The notes: generated by a model from the letters alone, not told the origin. A stretch of 64,000 bases of DNA from Myxococcota bacterium (GCA_036149055.1 JAYZQJ010000009.1:1-64000); one strand, 5' to 3'; shown: positions 20,048 through 30,012, counted from the stretch's first letter. Translations and numbers: made by a program.

Positions 20048-20998
20048 ATGTCGGTGCCGGTGACGGTCTTGAGCGGCTTCCTGGGCAGCGGGAAGACCAC
20101 GTTCCTCAACCGCTTGATGGGCTCGCCCTCGATGCGAAGCGCGCTGGTGCTGGTCAACGAGGTGGGCGAGGTGCCCGTCGACCACCTGCTCGTCCGTCAG
20201 GTCGACGAGCGCATGGTCGTCCTGCCGAGCGGGTGCGTGTGCTGCGCGCTGCGCGAGGATCTGGTGACGACCCTCGACGACCCGGCCCTCACCCGCGGCC
20301 GGACCCACGTCGTCATCGAGACGAGCGGGCTCGCCGATCCCACGCCGCTCGTGGCGACCCTCGTGAAGCACCCCGCGCTCCGGGAGCGCTTCCACCTCGG
20401 CGGCTTCGTGGTCACGGTGGACGCGACCCGCGCGGCCCGGCTCTGCGCCGACTACCCGGAGGCGGCCAAGCAGCTGGCCCTCGCCGACCTCGCGGTGATC
20501 ACCAAGTGCGACCTCGCCTCGCCGGAGGCGATCTCCGAGGCCGAGGCGCTCGTCCGCTCGGCGGCGCCCGAGTCCGAGCTCCGCTACGCGACCGCCGACC
20601 AGACGATGGCCGACTGGATTCGCCCGCTCGAGCGCAGCCGCCACACGCAGTCGCCGCCGGAGGGCGCGCACGTGCACACCCACGGGGTTCGCACCTTCTC
20701 CGTCGAGTCGGCGGCCCCGGCCGTCTACCCGCGGCTCGCCCTCTGGCTCTCGATGATGAGCCAGCTCAACGGGGACTCGCTCCTCCGCTTCAAGGGGCTC
20801 GTGCGGGTGACCGACCACGACGCGCCGGTGGTCGTCCAGGCGGTCCAGCACGTCGTGTTCCCGAGCTACACGCTCGAGCGCTGGCCGGACGGCGTCGCCG
20901 CCACCCGCCTCACCGGGATCGTGCACGGCATGAGCCAGCGTCTGTTCGCCGACACCCTCTGCACGCTCCGCGAGATCATCGGAGGGACTGCGCGGTGA
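20048..20998 (+). CDS. COG0523/CobW-family G3E GTPase (metallochaperone)
   Basis: [23 protein letters not shown], short HVHTH, LLRFKG C-terminal domain. Confidence 0.92.
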   Translation: MSVPVTVLSGFLGSGKTTFLNRLMGSPSMRSALVLVNEVGEVPVDHLLVRQVDERMVVLPSGCVCCALREDLVTTLDDPALTRGRTHVVIETSGLADPTPLVATLVKHPALRERFHLGGFVVTVDATRAARLCADYPEAAKQLALADLAVITKCDLASPEAISEAEALVRSAAPESELRYATADQTMADWIRPLERSRHTQSPPEGAHVHTHGVRTFSVESAAPAVYPRLALWLSMMSQLNGDSLLRFKGLVRVTDHDAPVVVQAVQHVVFPSYTLERWPDGVAATRLTGIVHGMSQRLFADTLCTLREIIGGTAR

Positions 20999-21059
20999 CT
21001 CGTCGGGACGGTGACCGGAGCGGCGGGCCTGCTATGCCTCCGCCGAACCAGGAGGAACC

Positions 21060-21614
21060 GTGAGTCGACACTTCGAAGAGGCAGAGGGGCTGGCCGAGGC
21101 CCGCGATCCGGCGACCCATGGGTACGTCTTCAACCAGACGATGCTGCGCATCAAGTCGCCCCAGCGAACACTCGACTTCTACACCCGGGTCATGGGCATG
21201 ACCCTGGTGAAGAAGCTCGACTTCCCGAAGATGGAGTTCAGCCTCTACTTCCTCGCGATGATCGAGCCGTCGGAGCAGGAGCGCTGGTCCGAGGAGAACG
21301 ACGAGCGCCTGGTCCAGACCTTCTCGCGCCCTGCCATGCTCGAGCTGACGCACAACTGGGGTGACGGCGAAGAGGATGAGGTCGGCTACCACAACGGCAA
21401 CAGCGAGCCGAAGGGCTTCGGCCACATCGGCTTCGCGGTGCCCGACCTGGACGCGGCGTGCGCACGCTTCGACGCGCTGGGCGTCGCATTCGTGAAGCGC
21501 CCCGAGGGCGGCAGCATGAAGGACATCGCCTTCATCCAGGATCCCGACGGCTACTGGATCGAGATCTTCGAGCCCCGCCGCCTCCCCACCGCCCTCGCCG
21601 ACCATCTGGCGTAG
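21060..21614 (+). CDS. gloA: Lactoylglutathione lyase (glyoxalase I)
   Basis: FNQTMLRIK, FYTRVMGM, LELTHNWG, GFGHIG, DPDGYWIE. Confidence 0.93.
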   Translation: MSRHFEEAEGLAEARDPATHGYVFNQTMLRIKSPQRTLDFYTRVMGMTLVKKLDFPKMEFSLYFLAMIEPSEQERWSEENDERLVQTFSRPAMLELTHNWGDGEEDEVGYHNGNSEPKGFGHIGFAVPDLDAACARFDALGVAFVKRPEGGSMKDIAFIQDPDGYWIEIFEPRRLPTALADHLA

Positions 21615-21627
21615 AGCGCGCCGTCCG

Positions 21628-22629
21628 TCAGAGCGCCTCGATCCGGAAGCTCACGCGGTCTTCCGGGTGGTGCTCGCCGAGCCAGGGAGAGTAGGAGCGC
21701 ACCGTCACCGACGCGCCGGCCGCGTCCTCCTCGAGCTCGACCGCGAGCAGGAAGCCCTCGCCGTCGCCGCCGGTCTCGGGGCAGACGGTGCCGGTCTGAT
21801 AGTCGGCCATCACCTGATGCACCGTGGCCCCTGCGTCGTTGACGTCGGCGCTGTACGCGAACCCGTTGGGCACGTGCCCGCTGAACACGAGGCGCGCGTT
21901 GGGGGAGGGCGCGATGGCGCCTTCGAACAGCTCCTGCCCGTCGTTCGAGTCGACGGCGGAGACCCCGTACTCGTAGGGGCAGAACGGCTGCACGCTCTCG
22001 TCGGTGTGATCGTAGCGGCGGCCCATCGCGTCGAGGTAGGCGTGCGTGGACACGATGCCGATGCGGTCGGGGTGCGCGGCCAGCACGTCGCGAACCCAGC
22101 GGACCACGCCATCGCGCGGCGCGAACTCCACGCCGATCCACACGTACTCGTGGCGCTCGCCGGAGAACAGCCACGCCGTGTTGCCGGGCGCGCCCTCGTA
22201 CGACTCCACGAAGCCCGGCGCCCTCGCCATCTCGTCCAGCGGGAAGAACGCGCCCAGCATCGTGCTCCGGTCCGCCGCGCTCCCGCCGGCCCCGAGGTCG
22301 TGGTTGCCCGGCGCGAGCGCGAACGGCACCCGCCCGAAGAGCGGCGCCAGCGCGTCCCGCGCCACCTCCCACTGCCCGGCCTCGTTGTGCTCGGTGATGT
22401 CCCCGAGGTGCGCGACCGCGCGCACGTCGAGGTCGCCCAGGCTGGCCGCGATCCAGTCCCCCTGCGCCTGGAGGATCTCCGGATAGTGCAGCGCGTAGCA
22501 CTGCGTGTCCGGCACGAGCACCACCCGGAACAGCCCCTCCCGCCGCTCGAACCCGTCCCCGCTCGCCGCGGGCCCGACGCAGCCGACCGCGCCCAGCGCG
22601 AGGAGCGAGACGATCACCCAGCGACTCAC
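21628..22629 (-). CDS. Calcineurin-like metallophosphoesterase lipoprotein
   Basis: PDTQ, HLGDI, GNHD, THAY, FSGH motifs; lipobox AVGC. Confidence 0.85.
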   Translation of the reverse strand: MSRWVIVSLLALGAVGCVGPAASGDGFERREGLFRVVLVPDTQCYALHYPEILQAQGDWIAASLGDLDVRAVAHLGDITEHNEAGQWEVARDALAPLFGRVPFALAPGNHDLGAGGSAADRSTMLGAFFPLDEMARAPGFVESYEGAPGNTAWLFSGERHEYVWIGVEFAPRDGVVRWVRDVLAAHPDRIGIVSTHAYLDAMGRRYDHTDESVQPFCPYEYGVSAVDSNDGQELFEGAIAPSPNARLVFSGHVPNGFAYSADVNDAGATVHQVMADYQTGTVCPETGGDGEGFLLAVELEEDAAGASVTVRSYSPWLGEHHPEDRVSFRIEAL

Positions 22630-22669
22630 CTCCGGGATGTATCACGCGGACGGACCCGGTGGGACGAAA

Positions 22670-22684
22670 TGCAATTGAATTACA
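22670..22684. promoter_or_regulatory. 7-1-7 near-palindrome, Fur/Zur-like operator
   Basis: TGCAATT-G-AATTACA in a divergent intergenic gap. Confidence 0.5.
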
Positions 22685-22733
22685 GAAAGGGCTCGCCAGC
22701 GCCGCCTCCCGCAGCCAAGCTGCGAGCGCTCCC

Positions 22734-24356
22734 ATGTCGGATCTTCGTTTCGAGCTCGGCGCGGCCGTCATGTGCAACCTCGGGCCCAGCGGCTGGAAGC
22801 TGGGCCGGATCATCGCGCTCCACTACCGCGAAGGAGACTGGCCCGCCGGGACGGTCGCTCCCTACCAGGTGGCGCTGGAGGAGGATCACGCGCTCATCTA
22901 CGTCCCCGAGGACGACGCCCGCTACTGTCGGGAGCCCACTCCAGAGGATCTGAGGATCGCCCGCCGCGCGGACGCTCTCGCCGCGCCCCCGGTCGACCTG
23001 GAGGTCACGCAGGGCGAGAGCGACTCACAGCTCGGATGCGAAGCCGTCGCCGCGGAGCCCGGCAGCCCCGGATACCGCAGCGGCCGATGTCACTGTTGTC
23101 AGCGCTGCCCTCGAAGCTGGTCGTGCGCCGAGCTGTACAGCGAGCACTATCGTTGCGCGGCGCGCAACGGGCTCCGGGTGACGCGACGGGCGGTGGATCT
23201 CGGCGTGGTCCGGGTAGGAGACTCGCTCGCGCATCCCGCGAGCGCGGGCAGCCGCGGAGGGTTCATGCAGGCCCCCACGCTGGTCAGGCTCCCGCCCGGC
23301 GTGCGCTTCTTCGATGACGGCTCTCTCGCCGGCGAAGTGCGCTTCGACCCTCACCGCGCTGCGCGCTACCAGGTCGAGCTCGTCGCGGCGAGCACGGCCG
23401 AGTGGGACGACGCCGCGGTGGGGATCGTCCGTCTCGAGATCACGTTCGTCGTCGAGGGCAACGAGCCCCCGGATGACTTCGACGTCGACGCCTTCGTTCG
23501 CGGTGAGCGCCGGGCGCGCGCGGAGGCCGACCGCACGCTCGGCGACCTCTTCGACGCGTGGGAGCGGTGGGAGCGGGGCGCGCTGAGCAATCGCGACACG
23601 TGTGATCGCATGGGGGCCGATCTCCGCCGACTGAGGGCGCTGCTGGAACGGCACCCGCGGCTCGACGGCGGCCGGTGGTGGGCCTGGCTCGGGGGCCTCC
23701 ACATGAACGTGCACAAGCTCCTCGAGAACACGCTCTTCGAGTGCGAGCTCTCCCTCGGCCACGCGCTCACCTTCGGGGACGCGGAGGTGCGACGTCTGGC
23801 GGAGCAGAACCTGGAGGGCTGCTACCAGAAGCGGCTCCTCGAGGCGGCGCGGTTCATGTGGATCGAGGGCAGCGAGAAGATGGCGCGGGGCGAGCGGGCG
23901 GCGGCCGCCGACACGCTGCGTCTCGCCGCGGCCAAGAAGGACGGGTGGGGCTGGGCCGTGAACTACGGCGACATCTGGATCGCCGAGTCGGTCGCGCGAC
24001 TTGCGCATGGTGCCGAGCTCGACGCGCGCGGCGGAGACGAGGAGGGCGAGGGCTCGAGGTGGATCGCGGAGGCGGCCGTGCTCCTGGAGAGGGGCGCGGC
24101 GAGGGCCGACGAGGCCCGCGTCTTCGGGGCCGAGGGGCACCCGTGGGCCGCCGAGATCGGCGCCGCCCTCGTCGCCTACCGCGGCCTGCGGAGCAGCGGC
24201 GCCGACACCACCGAGTGGCTCGAGGCGCTGAAGCTGCGGACCGATTACTGGTGCGCGCAGGTGCTCGGCGGAGCCCCGCCGTTCCCGCCGCGGCCGAGAC
24301 CCCGCCTCGAAGACGCGGCCGCCCTGGTGCGGCGCCTCCCCGGACACAACGAGTGA
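22734..24356 (+). CDS. Hypothetical multidomain protein (SH3-like N-terminus, Cys/His cluster, helical C-terminus)
   Basis: Long ORF; LRFELG..WKLG.IIAL.YRE..W....APYQV and CHCCQRC motifs. Confidence 0.7.
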   Translation: MSDLRFELGAAVMCNLGPSGWKLGRIIALHYREGDWPAGTVAPYQVALEEDHALIYVPEDDARYCREPTPEDLRIARRADALAAPPVDLEVTQGESDSQLGCEAVAAEPGSPGYRSGRCHCCQRCPRSWSCAELYSEHYRCAARNGLRVTRRAVDLGVVRVGDSLAHPASAGSRGGFMQAPTLVRLPPGVRFFDDGSLAGEVRFDPHRAARYQVELVAASTAEWDDAAVGIVRLEITFVVEGNEPPDDFDVDAFVRGERRARAEADRTLGDLFDAWERWERGALSNRDTCDRMGADLRRLRALLERHPRLDGGRWWAWLGGLHMNVHKLLENTLFECELSLGHALTFGDAEVRRLAEQNLEGCYQKRLLEAARFMWIEGSEKMARGERAAAADTLRLAAAKKDGWGWAVNYGDIWIAESVARLAHGAELDARGGDEEGEGSRWIAEAAVLLERGAARADEARVFGAEGHPWAAEIGAALVAYRGLRSSGADTTEWLEALKLRTDYWCAQVLGGAPPFPPRPRPRLEDAAALVRRLPGHNE

Positions 24357-25090
24357 TGACATCGGACACTCTCAGGGCGTCATGGGACGAGGTCGCGTAC
24401 GGCTACCTCGAGTACTGGGCGCCTCGGTTTCGGCCATGGATGGAGGTCGCGGTCGCTGCGCTCCCGGGGCGGCTCACCGGACCGATCGTCGTGCCCTGTT
24501 GCGGACCGGGGCTCGAGCTCGACCTCCTCGCGCAGAGATTCGACCGCTCCCGGCTCGAGGGCGTCGACTTCTCGCAGTCCATGGTCGACCTCTGCCGAGC
24601 GCGCGGGTACGCCGCGCGGCTCGGCGACGCGGCGGCGCTGGACGGCCCGGCGAGCATCCTGTCGACGTTCGGGCTCCAGCAGCTGCCCGAGCCGGACGCC
24701 GCCCTTCGACGCTGGGTGGAGGGCGTGCCACCGGGCGGCGCGCTCTCGGTGATGCTGTGGCCCTACGACACGTCGGACGCGGGACCGTTCGACGTGCTGC
24801 GTCGCTGGGCGGAGGACGCGCTCGGCGCGACCGCGCCGGCGTGGGAGGCGACATTGCTCGACGGGCTGCCCTCCGGCCTTCGGCTCATGGACCGGCCCGT
24901 GCCGCTGTCCATCCGGCATGACAGCGGCGTGGCGTTCTGGGACGCGATGCTGGCCTCCGGTCCCGGGAGAGCGATGGCCCAGCGGGTCCCGCGCCCCCTG
25001 CTCGACGAGGTGAGCGCCGAGCTGGCTCGACGCTGGCCCGGGCCCTTCGACCACCAGCCGACGGCGCGTCACGTCGTCATTCTGAATTAG
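24356..25090 (+). CDS. Class I SAM-dependent methyltransferase
   Basis: TGATG coupling; PCCGPG, GVDFSQSM, GDA motifs. Confidence 0.75.
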   Translation: MTSDTLRASWDEVAYGYLEYWAPRFRPWMEVAVAALPGRLTGPIVVPCCGPGLELDLLAQRFDRSRLEGVDFSQSMVDLCRARGYAARLGDAAALDGPASILSTFGLQQLPEPDAALRRWVEGVPPGGALSVMLWPYDTSDAGPFDVLRRWAEDALGATAPAWEATLLDGLPSGLRLMDRPVPLSIRHDSGVAFWDAMLASGPGRAMAQRVPRPLLDEVSAELARRWPGPFDHQPTARHVVILN

Positions 25091-25928
25091 CCGGCGCTGG
25101 TAAATCCACGCACCCACCGGCGCGTCGTAGGCCTCCGCTCGTCGGCGTCTCGGCCCGGGGGAGCGCACGGACGTCCAGCTGCTCGAGCCGCGCCAGGGAT
25201 CTCACGAGGTGCGGCGGCCCCTCCGGGAAGGAGAGGATGCGTGCGATCCACATCGAACGCTCCACCACCCGCTGGCGCTCGCGGGCCGCCTCGGGACTCG
25301 TGAGCGCCCGGGCCTGCTCCCAGGTCGTCCTCCGCCAGGCGCGGACGACCGTGAAGGTGAACCACTCGTCGAACCCGAGCATCGCCTCGCCGAGCAGCAG
25401 CAGGCCGGGCGCGTAGCGCTGACCCACCCGCCGCTGGATCGGACCGATCACGCGCTGCACCGCGCCCAGCACTCGCTCGTAGTCGGACTCGAGCGCCGCT
25501 CCCCCGGCGCGGAGCAGGTCGGCGAGCGCCAGCGGGAGGTCGTGGTTGATGTGCGCGTTCATCCCCAGGAGCAGCGCGCGCAGGACGAGGTCGTCGCCGC
25601 GATCACAGCAGTCGAAGGCGGCCCTCCAGGCCGGGGCGAGCGGCCCCGCTGCGTTCGCGGTCTCGCAGCGCAGCGCGCGCAGGTAGTAGGCGTAGAAGTG
25701 GACGGTCAGCCTCTCCACCCAGCGCGGCGCGCGGAACTCGCCGCGTCGGAGCATCGCGAGGATCTCGTCGGTCATGATGAGGTACGCCGAGCCGAACACC
25801 GCGCGCCGATCGCCGCGGCTCTCGAAGCGCTCCACCAGCCTCAGCAGGTGCTCACGCACGGCCTCCGGGTCTCGCGGTGTTCGCTCGAGGAGCGCCGTCC
25901 CGCCGGTCGCGACGCTGGTGGCCCCCAC
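25077..25928 (-). CDS. DUF5995-like protein
   Basis: DRRAVF..AY, WVE.L...F..YY, LLGMNAHINHDLPLAL. Confidence 0.75.
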   Translation of the reverse strand: MGATSVATGGTALLERTPRDPEAVREHLLRLVERFESRGDRRAVFGSAYLIMTDEILAMLRRGEFRAPRWVERLTVHFYAYYLRALRCETANAAGPLAPAWRAAFDCCDRGDDLVLRALLLGMNAHINHDLPLALADLLRAGGAALESDYERVLGAVQRVIGPIQRRVGQRYAPGLLLLGEAMLGFDEWFTFTVVRAWRRTTWEQARALTSPEAARERQRVVERSMWIARILSFPEGPPHLVRSLARLEQLDVRALPRAETPTSGGLRRAGGCVDLPAPANSE

Positions 25929-25931
25929 CGG

Positions 25932-28238
25932 TCAGTAGTCCACCGCCGCGATGGCGGCGCGGGCCGGGTAGCCGGTCAGGGCATGCGACGCGAGGCGCCC
26001 CGACATCGTCGCCGACTCCATCGCGCCGCTGTCGAGGCCGTTCCGGGTCCAGTCGCCGGCGAGGTAGAGGTTCTCGAGCTCACCAGGATCGTGCGCCCCG
26101 AGGCGGTAGCGGGAGCTGCCCGCGACCGAGAGCACGTAGCGCCCCGACGGGTCGAGGTTGGCGCGCCAGTACTGGGACTCGAACCGCCCCGCACCCTCGC
26201 GCTCGCCCGGGTCGACGAGGAGCGAGAAGGGGCACGTGTCGGCTTCACCGATCCGCGGCCAGAGCGTGCTGGGGGCGACGCGCCCGAGGAGCTCGCGCGC
26301 TGAGATCTCCACCGCCTCCAGGCCTCGCGCCGCCGCCGTCCGGCCGCAGTCGTAGATGGGCCCGGCGGGGGTCGCGACGAGGGGCGCGGGATCGACGAGC
26401 GGGCTGACGAAGTACGAGAGGTGTCCCGGGGTGAGCGTGGCCGGCCAGTCCTCGACGTCGACCAGGTGCGTCAGGTCCACCCACACGTTCAGCGGGCTGA
26501 GCTCGTCGTACCAGAACCCGGTGATCGGGCGACCGGAGAGCGACCACCCGAGCGCGTCGATCCGAGGCTCCGTCCACACCTGCAGCGCCTGCGTCGCCGT
26601 CGTTCGCACCTCGCGAAGCATCCGGCTCCAGCGAGGGCTCGCCTCCGCCAGCTCGCCGCAGAGATAGGGCAGCGCGCCGAGCCCGATCCCGAGAAGCACC
26701 TCGTCGAAGTCCTCGCCGCGTCGGAGCGTGAGCTGGCGCGAGTCCGGGAGATCCGTGAAGGGCGACTCGAGGTCGGCGCAGCGGGCCTCGAGCGTCGCCC
26801 CCTCCTCCAGCTGCTCCCAGCGAGGCGCCGAAGGCCAGCAGGGCAGACCCTTCACGGAGACGAGCGGAGCGTACGGCTCGCGCTCGGTGGCTTGGATGCG
26901 ACATGAGATGCTGTCGACGTATCGACGCGTGGGGTCCAGGTGCAGGCCCTGGACCTCGTGGAAGAAGCGGAACTTCACCCCGCGCCGCTTCAGCACCTCG
27001 TAGAGGGGCGCGAAGATGACGTCGCCGGTGCCGGCCATCATCTTCCACCCGAAGGCGCCCTTGTAACAGAACGCCGCCCGCACCAGGCCCTTGAGCAGGG
27101 TCCCCGCTTCGTAGCTCGCGTTGGGCGCGTGCGCGGAGCCGTTCGGGATGCGGGTGTCGCCGCCCACGTAGGCGAAGGACGAGTCGTACATCACCCGCAT
27201 CAGCACCGAGTCGAGCATTCGGCCGCCGTCGGGGAAGGCGCGGGGCGTGAGCCACTCGCGGAAGTCCTGGTCGTTGATGACGGAGTAGCCGCGACGCCAC
27301 ACGTCGTCCTCGATGACCCCCAGGAGGATCGAGGACGAGAAATTCATCATGATCCAGAGCCGGCGCAGTCGGTCGTCGCCGTCCAGCTGATTCCTCAGGG
27401 CGCGCCAGGCGAGCGCTCGACCCAGGCGCAGGAAAGCGGCGGCCACCCGGGCGGAGCCGCCCTCGCCGACGCGCCCGAAGAGCCCCAGCGCGCGCGCGAT
27501 GGAGGAGAGCGCGACCCTCTCCGCGGCGCCCGCGCCAGGGTCCTCGGCCCGGGCCTCCACCCACTCGCGAGCCTCGGCCACCGCCGTCCGCTGCCCCTTC
27601 CAGAGCGCGGCGCCGGCCCAGAGGAGCCCGAACGCGGGCCAGTAGCGACGTCGGAGTGGCGTCGGCGCGTCGATGCTCGGCGGAGACGCGGGCGGGTCGA
27701 CGAAATTCAGGTCGAGGAACCGGAGCCCGAGCGAGATCACCTCCGCGAGGGGCAGGAAGGCTGGGCCTTCACCGGGTCGCCGGGCGGTGGTCGGGTTGTA
27801 CACCTGCCAGGGGGCGCGCCGTCCGTCGACGTCTTCGATGAAGACCGCGGTGCTCTCTGGAGAGAGGGCCTGGTCCCAGGTGGCGAGCGGCGCGTCCGCG
27901 GGGCGACCGAGCTCGGCGTAGCACGCGCGGATCAGCTCGAAGGTGTTGTCGTAGAAACCGAAGAGGTTGTGGATCCCGTGCTCCTCGATCCGGCCGAACC
28001 CCTCCGCGGACATGTTGCGCCCGCTCGCTCCCTTGCCGCCCAGCCGCCACCCCATCTGGTAGACGGTCACGTCGAGCTCGTCGCGCGCCGGATTGTCCGG
28101 GTGGGTCAGGTCGAAGACGGCGGCGAGCGCCCCCATGCCTCCGCCGAGCACCGCGATGCGTCGTCGCGGCGGCGTCTCCTCCCCCGGGCCATCTTCCATG
28201 GCCGCCGATGCTGCCCAGGCCACCGCCGGCGCGGCCAT
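25932..28238 (-). CDS. FAD/NAD(P)-binding Rossmann-fold oxidoreductase
   Basis: IAVLGGGMGAL, YQMGWRLGGKGASGR, EEHGIH, NLYLAGDWTRNGL..G.ME.A..SG. Confidence 0.85.
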   Translation of the reverse strand: MAAPAVAWAASAAMEDGPGEETPPRRRIAVLGGGMGALAAVFDLTHPDNPARDELDVTVYQMGWRLGGKGASGRNMSAEGFGRIEEHGIHNLFGFYDNTFELIRACYAELGRPADAPLATWDQALSPESTAVFIEDVDGRRAPWQVYNPTTARRPGEGPAFLPLAEVISLGLRFLDLNFVDPPASPPSIDAPTPLRRRYWPAFGLLWAGAALWKGQRTAVAEAREWVEARAEDPGAGAAERVALSSIARALGLFGRVGEGGSARVAAAFLRLGRALAWRALRNQLDGDDRLRRLWIMMNFSSSILLGVIEDDVWRRGYSVINDQDFREWLTPRAFPDGGRMLDSVLMRVMYDSSFAYVGGDTRIPNGSAHAPNASYEAGTLLKGLVRAAFCYKGAFGWKMMAGTGDVIFAPLYEVLKRRGVKFRFFHEVQGLHLDPTRRYVDSISCRIQATEREPYAPLVSVKGLPCWPSAPRWEQLEEGATLEARCADLESPFTDLPDSRQLTLRRGEDFDEVLLGIGLGALPYLCGELAEASPRWSRMLREVRTTATQALQVWTEPRIDALGWSLSGRPITGFWYDELSPLNVWVDLTHLVDVEDWPATLTPGHLSYFVSPLVDPAPLVATPAGPIYDCGRTAAARGLEAVEISARELLGRVAPSTLWPRIGEADTCPFSLLVDPGEREGAGRFESQYWRANLDPSGRYVLSVAGSSRYRLGAHDPGELENLYLAGDWTRNGLDSGAMESATMSGRLASHALTGYPARAAIAAVDY

Positions 28239-28274
28239 GGTAATCGCGTAGAGACGCTCCGCTCTGCCGCACCG

Positions 28275-29546
28275 TCAGTGGTCGTCGGGCAGCTCCGACG
28301 CGAGCCGGGCGGCGAGCTCCGCGCGCGATCCGAGCCCGAGCTTGGCGAACACGCTGGCGAGCTGATTGACGACCGTTCGCACCGAGCGCCCGCGCGCCGC
28401 GGCGATCTCCGAGTTGCTGAGGCCACGCGCCGCCTGGACGGCGACCTCGCGCTCGGCCGTCGTGAGGCGGCCGAGCGCCGCCTCGCGGCGCGGCGCGACC
28501 GGAGGCAGGGGCAGCACGCCCAGCTGGCCATCCGCGAGAGCGAGGCGGTCGGCGTCCCGGGCGTCGAGTCGCTGGAGGCGCGCCAGCTCCACTCGGCTGC
28601 TGAGCCCGAGCTTACGGAGCGCGGCCCGCAGGTGCGTCGCGACGGTCCCCGGGGCGAGCCCCAGCGTGTACGCCACCTGCTTGTTCGACGCGCCCGTGCG
28701 CACCAGCTCCACGATCGCGGTCTCTCGTTCGGTCAGCCCTCGCGGGTCTCGCCCCAGGCTCGGCTCGTTGCGATACGCGACGAGGACCGTCGCCCCGCTC
28801 TCCTCGCGCCGCTCCACGAGAGACCAGCGTCCCGCGATGAGCCCTCGCCAGAGCTCGAGCGCCCGGATGGGCGCCTCGCGTCTCAGCCCCCCGCGGGCGA
28901 GCGTCATCGCGGCGCCGTGCTGGCGGAGGCATCGCTGCGCGCGACGAGAGCTCGCCGGCTCCGTCGCCGACAGCATCGCGCCTCCCCCCGTCATCACCGC
29001 CTCGGCGATCGTCTGTCCCGCGCCGAGCTTCCGGCGGAGGCGCCAGCCCGCGGCCAGGTGAGCGCCGATGCGCCGCCACGTCAGGCGATCGCCCCTCGGC
29101 GTCTCGAGCGGCGCCTCGCTGAGCGAGCAGAACTGGATGGCGCCGCCCTCGCCATCCGGAAAGGCCGCGACCAGCCCGTCCGCCACCCCGAGCCCACGCA
29201 TGTGCTCCGTCACCGCCCAACGCGCCGCCGGCGGGACGTCGCGAAGGAAGCTCGAGATCGACGCGAAGTCTCCCATCCGGCGCGCCATCTGCGCCGTGAT
29301 CTCGGGAGGGATGCCGCGGAACATATTGCGGGCCAGCTCCGGAAGCTCGCGCGGCCCCAGGAACGTCGTGTGCTCGAACCCCACCGACGAGCCACGGATG
29401 GAGTAGCTGAAGCCGCAGACGCCGAGCCCCCTGTCCAGGGTCGGCATCGCGCGCTCGAGGACGCCCGTGAACCACGCATCGGCGTCGGGCTCCAACCGGT
29501 AGGCGGACTCGACGAGATCGATCGCGAGCGAGGCGGCGGCCCTCAT
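28275..29546 (-). CDS. Transcriptional regulator with two C-terminal LuxR-type HTH domains
   Basis: LTERE..G.SNKQVA..LG...TV..HL..KLG..SR and LT.AEREV..GLSN.EIA..R..S.RTV.NQL...F.KLG..SR. Confidence 0.85.
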   Translation of the reverse strand: MRAAASLAIDLVESAYRLEPDADAWFTGVLERAMPTLDRGLGVCGFSYSIRGSSVGFEHTTFLGPRELPELARNMFRGIPPEITAQMARRMGDFASISSFLRDVPPAARWAVTEHMRGLGVADGLVAAFPDGEGGAIQFCSLSEAPLETPRGDRLTWRRIGAHLAAGWRLRRKLGAGQTIAEAVMTGGGAMLSATEPASSRRAQRCLRQHGAAMTLARGGLRREAPIRALELWRGLIAGRWSLVERREESGATVLVAYRNEPSLGRDPRGLTERETAIVELVRTGASNKQVAYTLGLAPGTVATHLRAALRKLGLSSRVELARLQRLDARDADRLALADGQLGVLPLPPVAPRREAALGRLTTAEREVAVQAARGLSNSEIAAARGRSVRTVVNQLASVFAKLGLGSRAELAARLASELPDDH

Positions 29547-29601
29547 CTCGCCGGACCTCTCAGCACCGTACAGCGTGGTCGAGCCACCGGTCCTCCCGGC
29601 G

Positions 29602-29621
29602 GGCTGACTACCAAGTCAGCC
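29602..29621. promoter_or_regulatory. 20-bp palindromic operator (8-4-8) upstream of the LuxR-type gene
   Basis: GGCTGACT-ACCA-AGTCAGCC. Confidence 0.5.
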
Positions 29622-29641
29622 GAGGTCGCACAAGAAGCGGA

Positions 29642-29687
29642 GGGGGGACGGAGTGAACTTGTGAACTCACGTGGTCCGAATGCCTAC
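29642..29687 (+). repeat. Dispersed ~46-bp site, copy 1
   Basis: GGGGGGACGGAGTGAACTTGTGAACTCACGTGGTCCGAATGCCTAC. Confidence 0.95.
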
Positions 29688-29751
29688 GCGCAGCCGCCGA
29701 TTTGGGCCCGAAGCAGCTCGAGAGCGCGAGCGCTGTAGAATCGACGCCGCG

Positions 29752-30012
29752 ATGGAGCCGGGCGGCGTCGGATGGTGGGTGTACGTGCTGATCTCGGCGG
29801 ACGGCGGGCGCACCTACGTCGGCATCACCACCGACGTGGAGCGCCGCCTGCGGCAGCACAACGGGGAGCTCGCGGGCGGCGCGCGCTCCACCCGCGCGGG
29901 TCGACCCTGGAGCGTGGGCGTTCGGCGCGGTCCCTACGCGGACCGTGGCGAGGCGAGTCGACGTGAAGCGCAGATCAAGCGGCTGCGCGGTAGGCGCCGG
30001 CTCGCCCCCTGA
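29752..30012 (+). CDS. Small GIY-YIG endonuclease (UPF0213/SLX1-like)
   Basis: WVYVL...[18 protein letters not shown]...GARST..GRPW...E..IK. Confidence 0.9.
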   Translation: MEPGGVGWWVYVLISADGGRTYVGITTDVERRLRQHNGELAGGARSTRAGRPWSVGVRRGPYADRGEASRREAQIKRLRGRRRLAP

